Of a DNA stretch of 64,000 bases, positions 27,928 through 37,451 are shown in pieces. Source of the DNA: Thermoplasmata archaeon (GTDB taxonomy: Archaea; Thermoplasmatota; Thermoplasmata; Lutacidiplasmatales; UBA184). Made by a program: the position numbers and the translations under genes. Position 1 is the stretch's first letter. The number at the start of each line of letters is the position of its first letter. Below the pieces are notes generated by a model. That model saw nothing but the letters and a program-made list of their open reading frames with translations, did not search any database and had not been told where the DNA came from. The DNA is taken from positions 32,001 to 96,000 of the forward strand of contig JAGWLG010000001.1 in the NCBI GenBank assembly GCA_028864975.1, read 5' to 3'.

Positions 27928-29283
27928 TTGGGCCGGAGGCCGACGGTGAGCGATCTCCTCGGTGCGGCCGCCCCATGGCTCGAGCTCCTCTTCCCCACCT
28001 TCCTCGGTCTGGTGACGCTCGCGCTTGTCGCCGGATTCGTCCAGGCGCGGGTCTCCGAGGGCCGGTGGCGGAGGACCCTTCACTCCCTCGTGGCCGGTCC
28101 GGGGCTTGCGGTCGTGCTGGGCTACGCGGTGCTCGTCGTCGCCCCCCGTCTGCAGCATGACTATCCGCGGGTCTATCCCGACGTTCTCGCCCAGCCGGTC
28201 GTCGAGCTCCTGGTCGAGCTCGCGGTCCTCTCCACCGTTGTCGGCTTCGGCTCGGCCTCCGTGACGCGTCACCTCGACTCCCCGAAGCATCCTGCCCGTC
28301 GCTATCTCCGATTGGGGGTGTATGCCGCCGGGTTCCTGGGGCTGCTTTACGTCCTCCTGTCCAATCCCGATGCGCCCCGGGCGGCGCCGCTGGAGTGGAG
28401 CACGCTCGGGTTCCTGGCGGGGCTCACCGCCACCTACCTGGTGGTCCACATCATCGACGTCCTCCTGGAACGTTACATGGCGGGGGCGGCCGCCCGTCAA
28501 CCCCGTCTGCAGACCATCTATGTCTTCCTCCGCCGCCTGATGCTCGTCGCGGTCGCTCTCGTCGGGCTCGCGGTCACGGTGAGCGTCACCTTCCCGGGCG
28601 CGGCGCTCGCCGTCTCCTCCCTGATCCTCGCGGCGGGCTTCCTGTCGATTGTCGTGGGGCTGGCGGCCCAGCCGACCTTGTCGAACCTCTTCGCGGGGAT
28701 CCTCGTGGCGACGACCCAGCCCTTCGAGATCGGGGACGCGGTCGTCTTTCCGTATCCGAACGGGGATTGGTGCATCGTCGAGGACATTCGCCTGAACTTC
28801 ACCGTTTTGCGCACGTGGGACCTCCGACGGCTCATGGTGCCGAACTCCATGTTCCAGTCCAACATCGTCGTGAACTACACCGCGGTCGACCCGACGATGC
28901 TCGTCATCGTCTACCTCGTGATCACCTACGGTTCCGACGTCGACCGGGCGCGCGAGATCATGGTCGAGGAAGCGCGCAAGCACCCCGACTGCAAGCCCCT
29001 GGGGAACCTGCCGATCACGCACGTCATGGACTATCAAGGCGGAGGGAACCAGGGGAGCGGGATGTACGGCGGGGTCGACCTTCGCTTGCTCAGCGCCGCG
29101 AAGGACCAGAGCACGGCCTTCCAGGTGGAGAAGGACCTCCTGTACACGATCCGCAAGCGGTTCGAGGCGGAAGGGATCCAGCTTGCGTACCCGACGCAGC
29201 GCGTCATCCTGGAGCGAGCGGCCGATCCCGGGCCGCGACGCGGTCCCGCGGGCCCTGGGCCCGACCTAACGGGTCGGGGGTAG
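27928..29283 (+). CDS. mscS: Small-conductance mechanosensitive channel (MscS family)
   Basis: GLAAQPTLSNLFAGI...PFEIGD, VEDIRLNFTVLRTWD, VPNS, FEAEGIQLAYP. Confidence 0.92.
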   Translation: MGRRPTVSDLLGAAAPWLELLFPTFLGLVTLALVAGFVQARVSEGRWRRTLHSLVAGPGLAVVLGYAVLVVAPRLQHDYPRVYPDVLAQPVVELLVELAVLSTVVGFGSASVTRHLDSPKHPARRYLRLGVYAAGFLGLLYVLLSNPDAPRAAPLEWSTLGFLAGLTATYLVVHIIDVLLERYMAGAAARQPRLQTIYVFLRRLMLVAVALVGLAVTVSVTFPGAALAVSSLILAAGFLSIVVGLAAQPTLSNLFAGILVATTQPFEIGDAVVFPYPNGDWCIVEDIRLNFTVLRTWDLRRLMVPNSMFQSNIVVNYTAVDPTMLVIVYLVITYGSDVDRAREIMVEEARKHPDCKPLGNLPITHVMDYQGGGNQGSGMYGGVDLRLLSAAKDQSTAFQVEKDLLYTIRKRFEAEGIQLAYPTQRVILERAADPGPRRGPAGPGPDLTGRG

Positions 29284-29333
29284 ACCGGGCCGAGATCGAG
29301 TTGGGGTGCGAGAGCTTCCCTGTGGGCCCGTGC

Positions 29334-31793
29334 TCAAGGTGACTGCGGCGCCCAGGCAGGGGGTGGCTCCGCCATGGGCGCTCCCGGGGGAGGACCCTCC
29401 TGAGGGGGCCAGGGGGCGGACTCGGGCCCGTAGGGGGGACCGGGGGGCGCCGCGGGCGGACCCGGTGGGACCACTTCCATAGGAGATGGCGGGGGCCCGA
29501 CCACGGGGGTCTGGCCCGCTCCTGAGCCGTTGCGCTTCCTGCGAGATAGCAGTAGTACCACGACCGCGCCGACGGCCACGCCAAGGACCGCGCCGAGCAG
29601 GAAGACCCAGGAGTAGTTCATCAGGTCCTGGACGAAACCCTGGCTTCCAGAAGGGGTCGGCGAACCGGAGCTTGCGGGTGCCACGACACGAAGCACCGAG
29701 GTCGAGCGGGCCTGAGCACCCAGTCCGTCCGTGACCAGGAGACTGAAGGTGAAATTGCCCGCGCCCGTTGGGGTGAAGGAGATCGAGGGGCTCAAGCCGT
29801 TCGAGAGCGCCGTTCCGTTGAGCGACCAGGCATACGAGAGGGAGCCCCAGCCGCCCTTCACCGCGCTGTCGAGGTTCACGGTCGTGTGGGGGAGGGTGAA
29901 GTTGGACGAAAGGGCGGTGGTCACGCTGAGCGCGGCCGTCACGTCCACCCACACGGATGCGCTCGCGGAACTCCCGGTCGAGTCGTTGAACCAGACCGTC
30001 GCGGTGTAGTTCCTGGGGAGCGCATAGACGTGTGTCGCGTTCCGCGTGAGACCGATGTTCCCGTCGCCGAACTCCCAGAAGTACGTGAACGGCCCGGTCC
30101 CTCCTGAGCCGACCGAGGTGAACCCGACCGTCGTCGCACCCTCTCCCACGGGGGGAGTGCGCGAAAGGGCGACGGTAGGTGCAGGAGCTATCGGCACCAC
30201 GACCCAGAGGGAGGTCGCGCGTAGACCGTTCGATGCGTTCACCGAGGCCGTGATGTTGCTCGACCCCGGCACACCTGGGGTGCAGGCAAGGTGCGACGCG
30301 TTGACGGAGGCACACCCGCTCGGTAGCCCGTGCCACCACCAACTGTAGGAACCGTTCCCTCCGGAAGTGTTCGACCAGAGGTTCAGGGTTCCCCCTACGT
30401 CCAACGCCTTGGGGGTCGGAACGGGGGTCGCGATGCGTACGGGAAGTCCGAAGGCCCAGGTCCATGCCAGGTCTGTAGCGCCCTTGCGACCGCCGAAGAG
30501 CAAAGCGTAGCCATCGTGGCCGTCGTAGCTCATCGAGAAGTAGTTCACGGGTCCCGGTGAAAGTGCGAGGGCGAGCTTGGACCAGCCTGGCCCGGTGAAC
30601 GTCCATGAGTCTACGAAACACCCGGCGGCACTGCACCCTCCGTAGAGGAGCAGGTCGCCTTGAGCGGTGTCGAAGGCGAGGCCCGACCCGTACCGGGCAG
30701 CAGGTGCCACCGCGAGACTCCCCGTGAGGTTCGTCCAGTTCCCGCCGCGGAACGCCCAGGTGTCGCCCTGTGGTCGGGTCCCCGTAAGGCCCCCGAAGAG
30801 GACCCCTTCGGCCAGCGCGGGTGCATCCGCGAAGGCCCCCATCGAGCGGCGGATCGGAAGGGGCAAGCTCTGCACGGGCGTCAGGTTGGCCCAGAAGGTC
30901 CCCTTGAGCGCCCAAGTGTCGGAGAGGTCATGGCCCGCGCGGAACCCTCCGAAGAGCACAGGATGCCCATAGGAGGCCACGTAGCTCAGGGCGAACTCGC
31001 CTCGGCCCGACGGCGCTCCCTTGGCCCCCGTAGAGATCTCGGTCCAGCGACCTGCATGGAAGGTCCAGGTGTCGTTGAGCCCACACCCCGACTTCACGTC
31101 GCAGCCCCCGAAGAGGACGAGGAACGGACCGGCCGGGTCGTAGACCAGCCCTCCGTCGCGGCGCGGGATCGGAGCCGCCCCGATCGTGGGGGTCAGGTTC
31201 GTCCAGACCCCGGCCTTGAAGGTCCATGTGTCGTTCAGGAACCCGATCGTTCCTCGCAGTCCTCCGAAGAGCACCGTGTAGCCATCCGAAGGATCGTAGG
31301 CTTCCATCGCCCCGAACCGCGGAGAAGGGGCCGAGGGGAGGCTTGCCGAGAGGTTCATCCAGAGGGGGAGCGGGGTCGCGCTGGGGGTGTCGCGGGCCGA
31401 AGATGCCCCCGATGGGGCCAGCGCCGAGCCCTGGTTCATGGAGAGCCGGTCGGCTCCCAGCCCCGCGCCCCCCTTCGCGTGCTCAAGAGCCGGGTCAAGC
31501 TCGGAGAAGAGGGGGCTGAGGGAGATGACCACGATGAACACGACGAGGGCCTGCTGCACGGACGAGGCAGGAAGGCCTCTCCGGCGCGCCGTCGCGTTCC
31601 CAAGCACGCTGATAGATGGAGACTGCTCTGATTTGAGCCCTTGCTCTGGTCCGTTCCGGCCTCCCTGCCCCCTGCGGACTCCCCGGGTCGCGGGAGCTTG
31701 AAAAGGAGCGATGCTCCTACCTATCGGGCGCGGGGGTACTCTAGCCCGGTCAAACGTGCTGTTCGCGAGGACAGGAGCGGACCCAAGAGGCAA
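29334..31793 (-). CDS. Kelch-type six-bladed beta-propeller + PKD/Ig surface protein with C-terminal TM anchor
   Basis: Six xYD...LFGG...DTW repeats, one Cys-Ig and two PKD modules (YFWEFGDG), a TM helix and a Pro-rich tail. The true start is probably ~150-250 nt downstream of 31793, since the ORF start overlaps the tRNA. Confidence 0.8.
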   Translation of the reverse strand: MPLGSAPVLANSTFDRARVPPRPIGRSIAPFQAPATRGVRRGQGGRNGPEQGLKSEQSPSISVLGNATARRRGLPASSVQQALVVFIVVISLSPLFSELDPALEHAKGGAGLGADRLSMNQGSALAPSGASSARDTPSATPLPLWMNLSASLPSAPSPRFGAMEAYDPSDGYTVLFGGLRGTIGFLNDTWTFKAGVWTNLTPTIGAAPIPRRDGGLVYDPAGPFLVLFGGCDVKSGCGLNDTWTFHAGRWTEISTGAKGAPSGRGEFALSYVASYGHPVLFGGFRAGHDLSDTWALKGTFWANLTPVQSLPLPIRRSMGAFADAPALAEGVLFGGLTGTRPQGDTWAFRGGNWTNLTGSLAVAPAARYGSGLAFDTAQGDLLLYGGCSAAGCFVDSWTFTGPGWSKLALALSPGPVNYFSMSYDGHDGYALLFGGRKGATDLAWTWAFGLPVRIATPVPTPKALDVGGTLNLWSNTSGGNGSYSWWWHGLPSGCASVNASHLACTPGVPGSSNITASVNASNGLRATSLWVVVPIAPAPTVALSRTPPVGEGATTVGFTSVGSGGTGPFTYFWEFGDGNIGLTRNATHVYALPRNYTATVWFNDSTGSSASASVWVDVTAALSVTTALSSNFTLPHTTVNLDSAVKGGWGSLSYAWSLNGTALSNGLSPSISFTPTGAGNFTFSLLVTDGLGAQARSTSVLRVVAPASSGSPTPSGSQGFVQDLMNYSWVFLLGAVLGVAVGAVVVLLLSRRKRNGSGAGQTPVVGPPPSPMEVVPPGPPAAPPGPPYGPESAPWPPQEGPPPGAPMAEPPPAWAPQSP

Positions 31794-31846
31794 GGCTTAG
31801 GACCTTGTCGCGCAGGCGTTCGCCGGTTCAAATCCGGCCCCCCGCA
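31730..31846 (+). tRNA. tRNA-Leu(TAG) with a 32-nt intron in the D-loop (31754-31785)
   Basis: GCGGGGG/CCCCCGC acceptor, CAAGG-CTTAGGA-CCTTG anticodon arm, long variable arm, TTCAAAT. Removing 31754-31785 gives a 13-nt D-loop, the same length as in the tRNA-Leu(CAA) of this window. Confidence 0.9.
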
Positions 31847-31868
31847 TGCCCTCCTCAGCGAGGGCGCG

Positions 31869-32495
31869 CTAGTACAGCGTGAAATCGGTGGTCTGAGAAG
31901 CGGTGTCCCCGGCGTTGTCGGTCACCGTGACCGTCGCGTAGTGGCCTCCCGAAGAGTAGAAGGTGTACTCGACAGAGATGCCTACAGCGCTCCCCCCATC
32001 GTCGAACGACCAGGACGCGCTGTAGGGAGTACTCCCTCCAGAGATGACGACCGAACAGCTGACCTGAAGTGAGTTCGTCGTGACGGGGGTGCACGAAGGA
32101 GAGATCGAGAGGTACGAGTTGTACCCGCCGCCGCCACCGCTGTTGTACGACTGCTGGGATGACATCGAGATGACGGTGGGTAGGATGAAGAAGAGGAGGA
32201 CGAACACCAGGACGAGCACCCCCGGCCACCGCTTCGGGGCCACGGGGGCGGAGTAGACCGCGTGAGAAGGAACGTTCCCTCCGGCGTACGGGTTGTACCA
32301 CGAGGGCAACGCGGGCGCGGCGGCAATGATGGGACCGGGAGGGGGGGCCGGAGCCGGAGCGCGATAGGTGGTCCCGCAGTATGGGCAGGTCGCGGTCCCG
32401 CCCGGTCGGACGGGCGGGAGCGGAGCCCCGCAGCTCGGGCACTTCTCGGAGATCAGCGCCGTCGGGTCGGGCTCAGGGGTCGGGGGATAGCTCAT
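31869..32495 (-). CDS. Zinc-ribbon + TM + PKD domain protein
   Basis: CPSC...CPYC, TM (LVLVFVLLFFILPTVI), PKD WSFDDGG...TVTVTDNAG. Start re-picked. Confidence 0.8.
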   Translation of the reverse strand: MSYPPTPEPDPTALISEKCPSCGAPLPPVRPGGTATCPYCGTTYRAPAPAPPPGPIIAAAPALPSWYNPYAGGNVPSHAVYSAPVAPKRWPGVLVLVFVLLFFILPTVISMSSQQSYNSGGGGGYNSYLSISPSCTPVTTNSLQVSCSVVISGGSTPYSASWSFDDGGSAVGISVEYTFYSSGGHYATVTVTDNAGDTASQTTDFTLY

Positions 32496-32625
32496 GTATC
32501 GAAGGGGAACGAGGGGACATCCCCTCGGTCCGGGCCTCCCAGGGACGGGAAGGACATAATCCGAGCGGTCCCGCCTCCCCGAGAAGTGTGAAGAGCCGCG
32601 GCGGAACGGAGGGGAGGAACCCCTC

Positions 32626-33552
32626 ATGCCCAAGGAGCGAGGCGCCAACTCCCCGAAGCCGCCGTTCCCCCTCGATCCACGAGGGATCCCCCACCTCGCG
32701 CCGGAGGACGTGCACGAGCTGCTGGACCGCTGGTTCTCTTCGTTCCCCGCCACAACGCTGCAGGAGCTCCCCGCGGTTCCTCATGGACGGGCGCTGGTCT
32801 TCGGCGACACTCACAGCGACTGGCCCACCGTCGAAGCGCTGTCCCGGGAGGCCATGACCCCTCAAGGACCCCTCACCCATCTGGTCGGACTGGGCGACTA
32901 CGTCGACCGAACGCTCCCGGAGCTGCCGCACGGCTCGGTCGTGAACGCCCTGTTCTTGCTATCACTGCGTCTCTGTCACCCCGACCGCGTCGTGCTGCTT
33001 CGAGGGAACCACGAGACCCAGCACCTGATCCCCATCCTGCGCCCGGAGGCGGTCGACGAGTCCGATGAGCTCTGGGGGAGGGAGAGCGGGGTCGGACGAC
33101 GGATCGAGCAGGCGTTCGACCGTCTCCCCCTCATGGCCACCACGGAGAGCGGGGGGTACCTCGCCCACGCGGGGTTCCCGAGAGAGCGGAACCCGAAAGG
33201 CTGGAAGACCCACCTCGACGCCAGGTCCCTCAAGCTCCTCGAGGAAGTGGTATGGAACGACCTCGAGGTGTCCTCCTTCTCCGGAGGGCGAGGGCTCGAG
33301 ATCTCCCCCATCTCGCAGGCCGAGACCTTGGAGTTCCTCTCTCAAGCGGGATGCTCGGTCTTCCTGCGTGGACACGACCCGACGGAAGCGGGGAAGGCGC
33401 GCTACGACAACAGGGTCCTGACCCTCCACACCAGCCGGGTGTACGACTGGGCAGGTCTGCACGTCGCGGAGCTCCCGCTTGACGGCAGGGTACGCGATCT
33501 CCGCGACGTCCGCTGCCGCCGCATCGAGCCTCCTCCCATCCCTACTCCTTGA
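32626..33552 (+). CDS. PPP-family Ser/Thr protein phosphatase / metallophosphoesterase
   Basis: GDTH, GDYVDR, LRGNHE, HAG, RGHD motifs. Confidence 0.9.
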   Translation: MPKERGANSPKPPFPLDPRGIPHLAPEDVHELLDRWFSSFPATTLQELPAVPHGRALVFGDTHSDWPTVEALSREAMTPQGPLTHLVGLGDYVDRTLPELPHGSVVNALFLLSLRLCHPDRVVLLRGNHETQHLIPILRPEAVDESDELWGRESGVGRRIEQAFDRLPLMATTESGGYLAHAGFPRERNPKGWKTHLDARSLKLLEEVVWNDLEVSSFSGGRGLEISPISQAETLEFLSQAGCSVFLRGHDPTEAGKARYDNRVLTLHTSRVYDWAGLHVAELPLDGRVRDLRDVRCRRIEPPPIPTP

Positions 33553-33576
33553 GCTTCCACCGCCCGGGGGGGACCC

Positions 33577-34161
33577 TCAGCCGAAGTAGCGCCGTTCCGC
33601 ATCCAAGAGCTCGCCCAGGGTGGCGGCCCGAGCATACTCCTCGAGCGGTCCCTCGTTCAGGCGCAGGAACCCTCGTCCCCCGGGAAGGCGGTCGAAGAGC
33701 TCCTCCGCCACTTTTCGTCCGGCGGTCAGGAAGACCGCTGCGCCGACCGCCTCCGCGGTGTTGAGCTCGCCCAGACGTCCGTAGTGTTGGGGATTTGCGG
33801 CGAGAAGGTAGGGCAGCCTGCGGGCCACCTGGCGCCGTAGCCCCCGCGCGAGCGACGGGGGGAACTCCCCTCGCGCGCCGAGTTTGTTCCACGAGCAGTC
33901 GACCACGAGGATGCCCCTCGACGACGCCGTCGTGGCGTCCGCGTTGGATAGCGGCGTCTCCGCATGAGGGTCGAGCAGTAGGAGTCCCGAAGGGGGACGC
34001 CCCGCAGCTCCCAACTCCCGTGCGAGGGAGAGCCGGACCAGGTGTCGCCCCGTGCAGAGCCGAGGGGAGTCCTCGCACGCGAGGACGACCCAGAGCGAAG
34101 GGAGACCGGCGATCTCCGACGGGGGGCCCCCCGCGTCAGGGCGACGGTTGTGCGTGCTCAC
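33577..34161 (-). CDS. tsr3: 16S rRNA aminocarboxypropyltransferase Tsr3
   Basis: DSPRLCTG, VVDCSWN, RRLPYLLAANPQHYGR..ELNTAEA, FLRLNE..LEEY. Confidence 0.92.
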   Translation of the reverse strand: MSTHNRRPDAGGPPSEIAGLPSLWVVLACEDSPRLCTGRHLVRLSLARELGAAGRPPSGLLLLDPHAETPLSNADATTASSRGILVVDCSWNKLGARGEFPPSLARGLRRQVARRLPYLLAANPQHYGRLGELNTAEAVGAAVFLTAGRKVAEELFDRLPGGRGFLRLNEGPLEEYARAATLGELLDAERRYFG

Positions 34162-35107
34162 GGAAGATCGCGTGCACCTTCTGGGTCATCTTGAGGGCCT
34201 CGTCGTAGTGCCGCTGCCAGAGGTTGCGGCCGAAGATGATCCCCGTCGCTCCCGCGGCCATCGAGGAACGGACTTTGGTGAGCATCTCGTCGTCGCTCAT
34301 CTTCTCTCCACCGGAGACGAGAACGAGTGTGCGTCCCGCGCACCGGACAACACGCTGGAACGCCTCCTCGTGGGACAGGTTCATCGTGTTGTAGGGCGGG
34401 GGCGAATCCTTGTCCTTCTCGGTCACGAGGGGGTAGTTCACTTTCACGATGTCCGCGCCCACTTCCTGGGCGACGCGGGCGGCGTACTCGATCGCGTACT
34501 GCGACTCCTTTCCGCCCTTCTTCGCGATGGCCTCGCCACGGGGGTAGGCCCAGATGATGAGGGGCATGCCGAAGCGGTCGCACTCCTGACGGACCCCGGA
34601 GAGCTGCAGGATGTCCCGGTCCTGGGCGGGAGAGCCCACGTACAGCGTGTACCCGACCGCGTCCGCCCCGAGCCTGACCGCATCCTCGACCGACGCGGTG
34701 AGCGGAGAGAACGCCTGAGCGTCGGAAGGGACGGTGGTCTTCCCGTTGATCTTGAGGATCAGCGGGACGCGGCCCGCGTAGCGGGTCATGAACTTCCTGG
34801 CGAGGCCAACGTGGAGCGCGATGGCCGAGAAGTTCCCCTCCAGGGCAAGCCGCCACTCGTACTCCGGGTCCATCGAGTCCGGGTTGGCGAAGAAATCCGC
34901 GGGCCCGTGCTCGAGCCCCTGGTCGATGGGGAGGATGAGAAGCGTCCCGCCCCCCGGGCCGTGCTCGTACATCATCCGGGTGAGGCGCGCGCGCTTTCCC
35001 GGGGAGAGCCCCAGTTCCTCGAAGGTGGGGCGGTGGACGGTGGGGGCCACCTTGGCTCTTGGGAGGCTCGACGAGGACGACAGCTTCGGCGCGGTCTCCG
35101 CGGGCAT
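34136..35107 (-). CDS. fbaB: Class I fructose-bisphosphate aldolase (DhnA/FbaB type)
   Basis: LPIDQGLEHGP, LGADAVGYTLY, WAYPRG, ADIVKVNYP (Schiff-base Lys), IFGRNLWQ. Confidence 0.9.
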   Translation of the reverse strand: MPAETAPKLSSSSSLPRAKVAPTVHRPTFEELGLSPGKRARLTRMMYEHGPGGGTLLILPIDQGLEHGPADFFANPDSMDPEYEWRLALEGNFSAIALHVGLARKFMTRYAGRVPLILKINGKTTVPSDAQAFSPLTASVEDAVRLGADAVGYTLYVGSPAQDRDILQLSGVRQECDRFGMPLIIWAYPRGEAIAKKGGKESQYAIEYAARVAQEVGADIVKVNYPLVTEKDKDSPPPYNTMNLSHEEAFQRVVRCAGRTLVLVSGGEKMSDDEMLTKVRSSMAAGATGIIFGRNLWQRHYDEALKMTQKVHAIFREHAQPSP

Positions 35108-35235
35108 ACTGGACTACCTCGGTCCTCGCAGCGCCGGAGGACTATAGAAGTTTGGAAAGAGGTCGATAGGGGACCTGAAGGTCCCCCGCACCTCGACGGG
35201 TGGAAAGGGTTGAGCCGGGCCGCGGGGCCCAGGGC

Positions 35236-36324
35236 TCAGGCGTACTGCGCGCAGCCGTAGCAGTAGTAGCGGCTGTACTGCGGCACGAACGTCGTGGGCT
35301 TCCCGCACTTCTGGCAGTTCGGAGCTCCCGCTGGGGAGGCCGCGGGCGCAGGGGCAGCCGCCACCGCCGGGCTGTAGCTCGCGACCGGCGTCTGGTAGAC
35401 AGGGGGTTGGGCGGCCACCGGGGCCTGGTAGGCGGGGGGAGCCCCGTAGGCGGCGGGAGGGGACGCAGCGTACATCGGCGCCGGGGCAGTGGCCGCGGGC
35501 GGAGCCGCGTAGCCTCCGTAGGCGGGCTGAGGCGCAGCAATGATGACCTGCGTCGCAGGGACCCCGACGAACGTCGTCGGAACGAAGCCGCTCTTCAGCT
35601 TGCTCTCCACCTTCATGTACGTGATGAAGAGGAGGATAGCCGCGATGACGTTGAGCAGGGGGATGATGAGTAGGATGCCTCCGATCTTGAGCAGGCTCTC
35701 CTGGTAGCGCTCCGACGCCCGCATGTTGCCGATGATCTGCCCGATGACCCCGATGAGCGCGAGCAGGGCGCCTCCCGCCAAGAGCAGGAGCGCGGTTCCG
35801 ACCGCGGCCAGAAGGTCCGTAGCGCAGGTCGTGGATGTCGTGGTCGCGCAGCTGACGGCTGCGAGAAGGGCTAGGGCGATGAGAACGACGGCCCCGATGA
35901 GCATCCCGACGCCGATCAGACCGAGCAGGGTCAAGATGGCAGGAGTGCCGAATCGCGGTTCCACTTTCTTGAGCTTGCTGAACCCCAGGAAGACCAGCAG
36001 CGTGCCGATGATCAGGATGGCGGCACCCCCCGCGGCGATCCCGAGGTAGATGTACACCGCGGTCAACGAGGGAATGCCGAGCCCGAAGGGATTCGCGATG
36101 AAGTTCCCTCCAAAGAAGAGCGCGCTGCCGATCAGGCCCATGAGATAGGCGAGCTTCAGGGTCCCGGCCGCCTCAATGTCTGCACTGGAAGCGGCCTGAG
36201 CGGCCGCGGGGGCCGCAGGAGGTGCTCCGTAGGACGGGGGCTGGCTCCACGCTTGGGGCTGCTGACCGTACGCCGGAGGAGATGCGCCGTAAGGGCTCGT
36301 TCCTGGGGGTGGTTGGGCGGCCAT
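35236..36324 (-). CDS. Multi-pass membrane protein (DUF973/DUF996-like) with Pro-rich linker and C-terminal zinc ribbon
   Basis: Five to six TMs; ends CQKCGKPTTFVPQYSRYYCYGCAQYA. Confidence 0.75.
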   Translation of the reverse strand: MAAQPPPGTSPYGASPPAYGQQPQAWSQPPSYGAPPAAPAAAQAASSADIEAAGTLKLAYLMGLIGSALFFGGNFIANPFGLGIPSLTAVYIYLGIAAGGAAILIIGTLLVFLGFSKLKKVEPRFGTPAILTLLGLIGVGMLIGAVVLIALALLAAVSCATTTSTTCATDLLAAVGTALLLLAGGALLALIGVIGQIIGNMRASERYQESLLKIGGILLIIPLLNVIAAILLFITYMKVESKLKSGFVPTTFVGVPATQVIIAAPQPAYGGYAAPPAATAPAPMYAASPPAAYGAPPAYQAPVAAQPPVYQTPVASYSPAVAAAPAPAASPAGAPNCQKCGKPTTFVPQYSRYYCYGCAQYA

Positions 36325-36427
36325 GGTTGAGGAGCGACACCCGGCCTAGGATAAATAACGCACGTTTTAGGTCGAGAGCAACGCGCACTCCTTCTTGGAA
36401 GGGGTGCGCGCAGGAACGGGCTGCGCC

Positions 36428-37285
36428 TCAGGCGTACTGGGAGCAGCTGTAGCAGTAGTACCGCCCGTACTGCGCGATCCAGGACGTGGGCTTCCCACAC
36501 GTTCGGCACGTGGGGGCGCCCGGAGTCGGGGCGGGGCTGCTCGAAGGCGGAGGGCTCGCACCAGGACTGTAGGTGGAAAAGGAAGGCGCAGGTGCGGGCG
36601 GAGCGTAGCTCGGAGGAGGCTGGGTGGCATAGGATGGCGCCTGCGGGGGAGGCGAATAGATGGGGGGCGCCGAATAGGAGGGAGGAGACGAGGGAGGAGG
36701 ACTGGCGGGGGGAGCGTAGGCGGGCGGAGCATAGGCGGGGGCAGGTGGCGCATAGGAGGGTGCCGCTGGCGGTTGGCCATAGACCGGTGCGGGCTGAACG
36801 ACCGGCGCCGCGGCGGCTCCGCCTTGGGCCTGCTGCCAGGTGATGAGCGGGTCCATCTTGAGGTGGAAGATTAGCAGCAGGATCCCGATGATCACTCCGC
36901 CGACGATGAACGTCAGGATCGCCCAGATCATCGACTTCTCCTTCGCGACCTGGTACTGCCCCTGTTCCAGGAGCCCGCGCAGCTGCGGCAGGAAGATGGC
37001 GTAGACGAGGAGGTCGAAAACCCCGAAGAGGACCAACGGGGCACCGAGGATGATCGCCCCGGTCTCGCATCCAATCAAGGCCTGGCAGAAGGGGTTCGCG
37101 GCAGCTGCGACGATCTCCCCAACACCGCCCAAGATCCACAGGATCCCGAAGATGAGGGCCAAGAGCTTCGTCAGGTCGAGGAACGAGCGGGCCGAGGACA
37201 GCTCAGGGGGGACGGCCATCGGGGCCGCTACCGGAGGCGCCCCGTAGAGGGGAGCGGGTTGCGGCGCGTAGGGACCGGCCTGCAT
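36428..37285 (-). CDS. Membrane protein with Pro/Tyr-rich linker and C-terminal zinc ribbon
   Basis: Three to four TMs; ends CRTCGKPTSWIAQYGRYYCYSCSQYA. Confidence 0.75.
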   Translation of the reverse strand: MQAGPYAPQPAPLYGAPPVAAPMAVPPELSSARSFLDLTKLLALIFGILWILGGVGEIVAAAANPFCQALIGCETGAIILGAPLVLFGVFDLLVYAIFLPQLRGLLEQGQYQVAKEKSMIWAILTFIVGGVIIGILLLIFHLKMDPLITWQQAQGGAAAAPVVQPAPVYGQPPAAPSYAPPAPAYAPPAYAPPASPPPSSPPSYSAPPIYSPPPQAPSYATQPPPSYAPPAPAPSFSTYSPGASPPPSSSPAPTPGAPTCRTCGKPTSWIAQYGRYYCYSCSQYA

Positions 37286-37451
37286 CTACCCTCGGAGCGG
37301 CGTTGCACCCCCGGCCGCCTATAAAGCCTGTCAAAAAGGGGCGACGCACCACCAGGCGGGGACCTAGTTACATATGGTCCGAGGGGCCATGGTCACTCCC
37401 GAAGCTTTCCACGGCCGAGCCCGTGTCGGGGCTGACGGGGGAGCGCGGACC

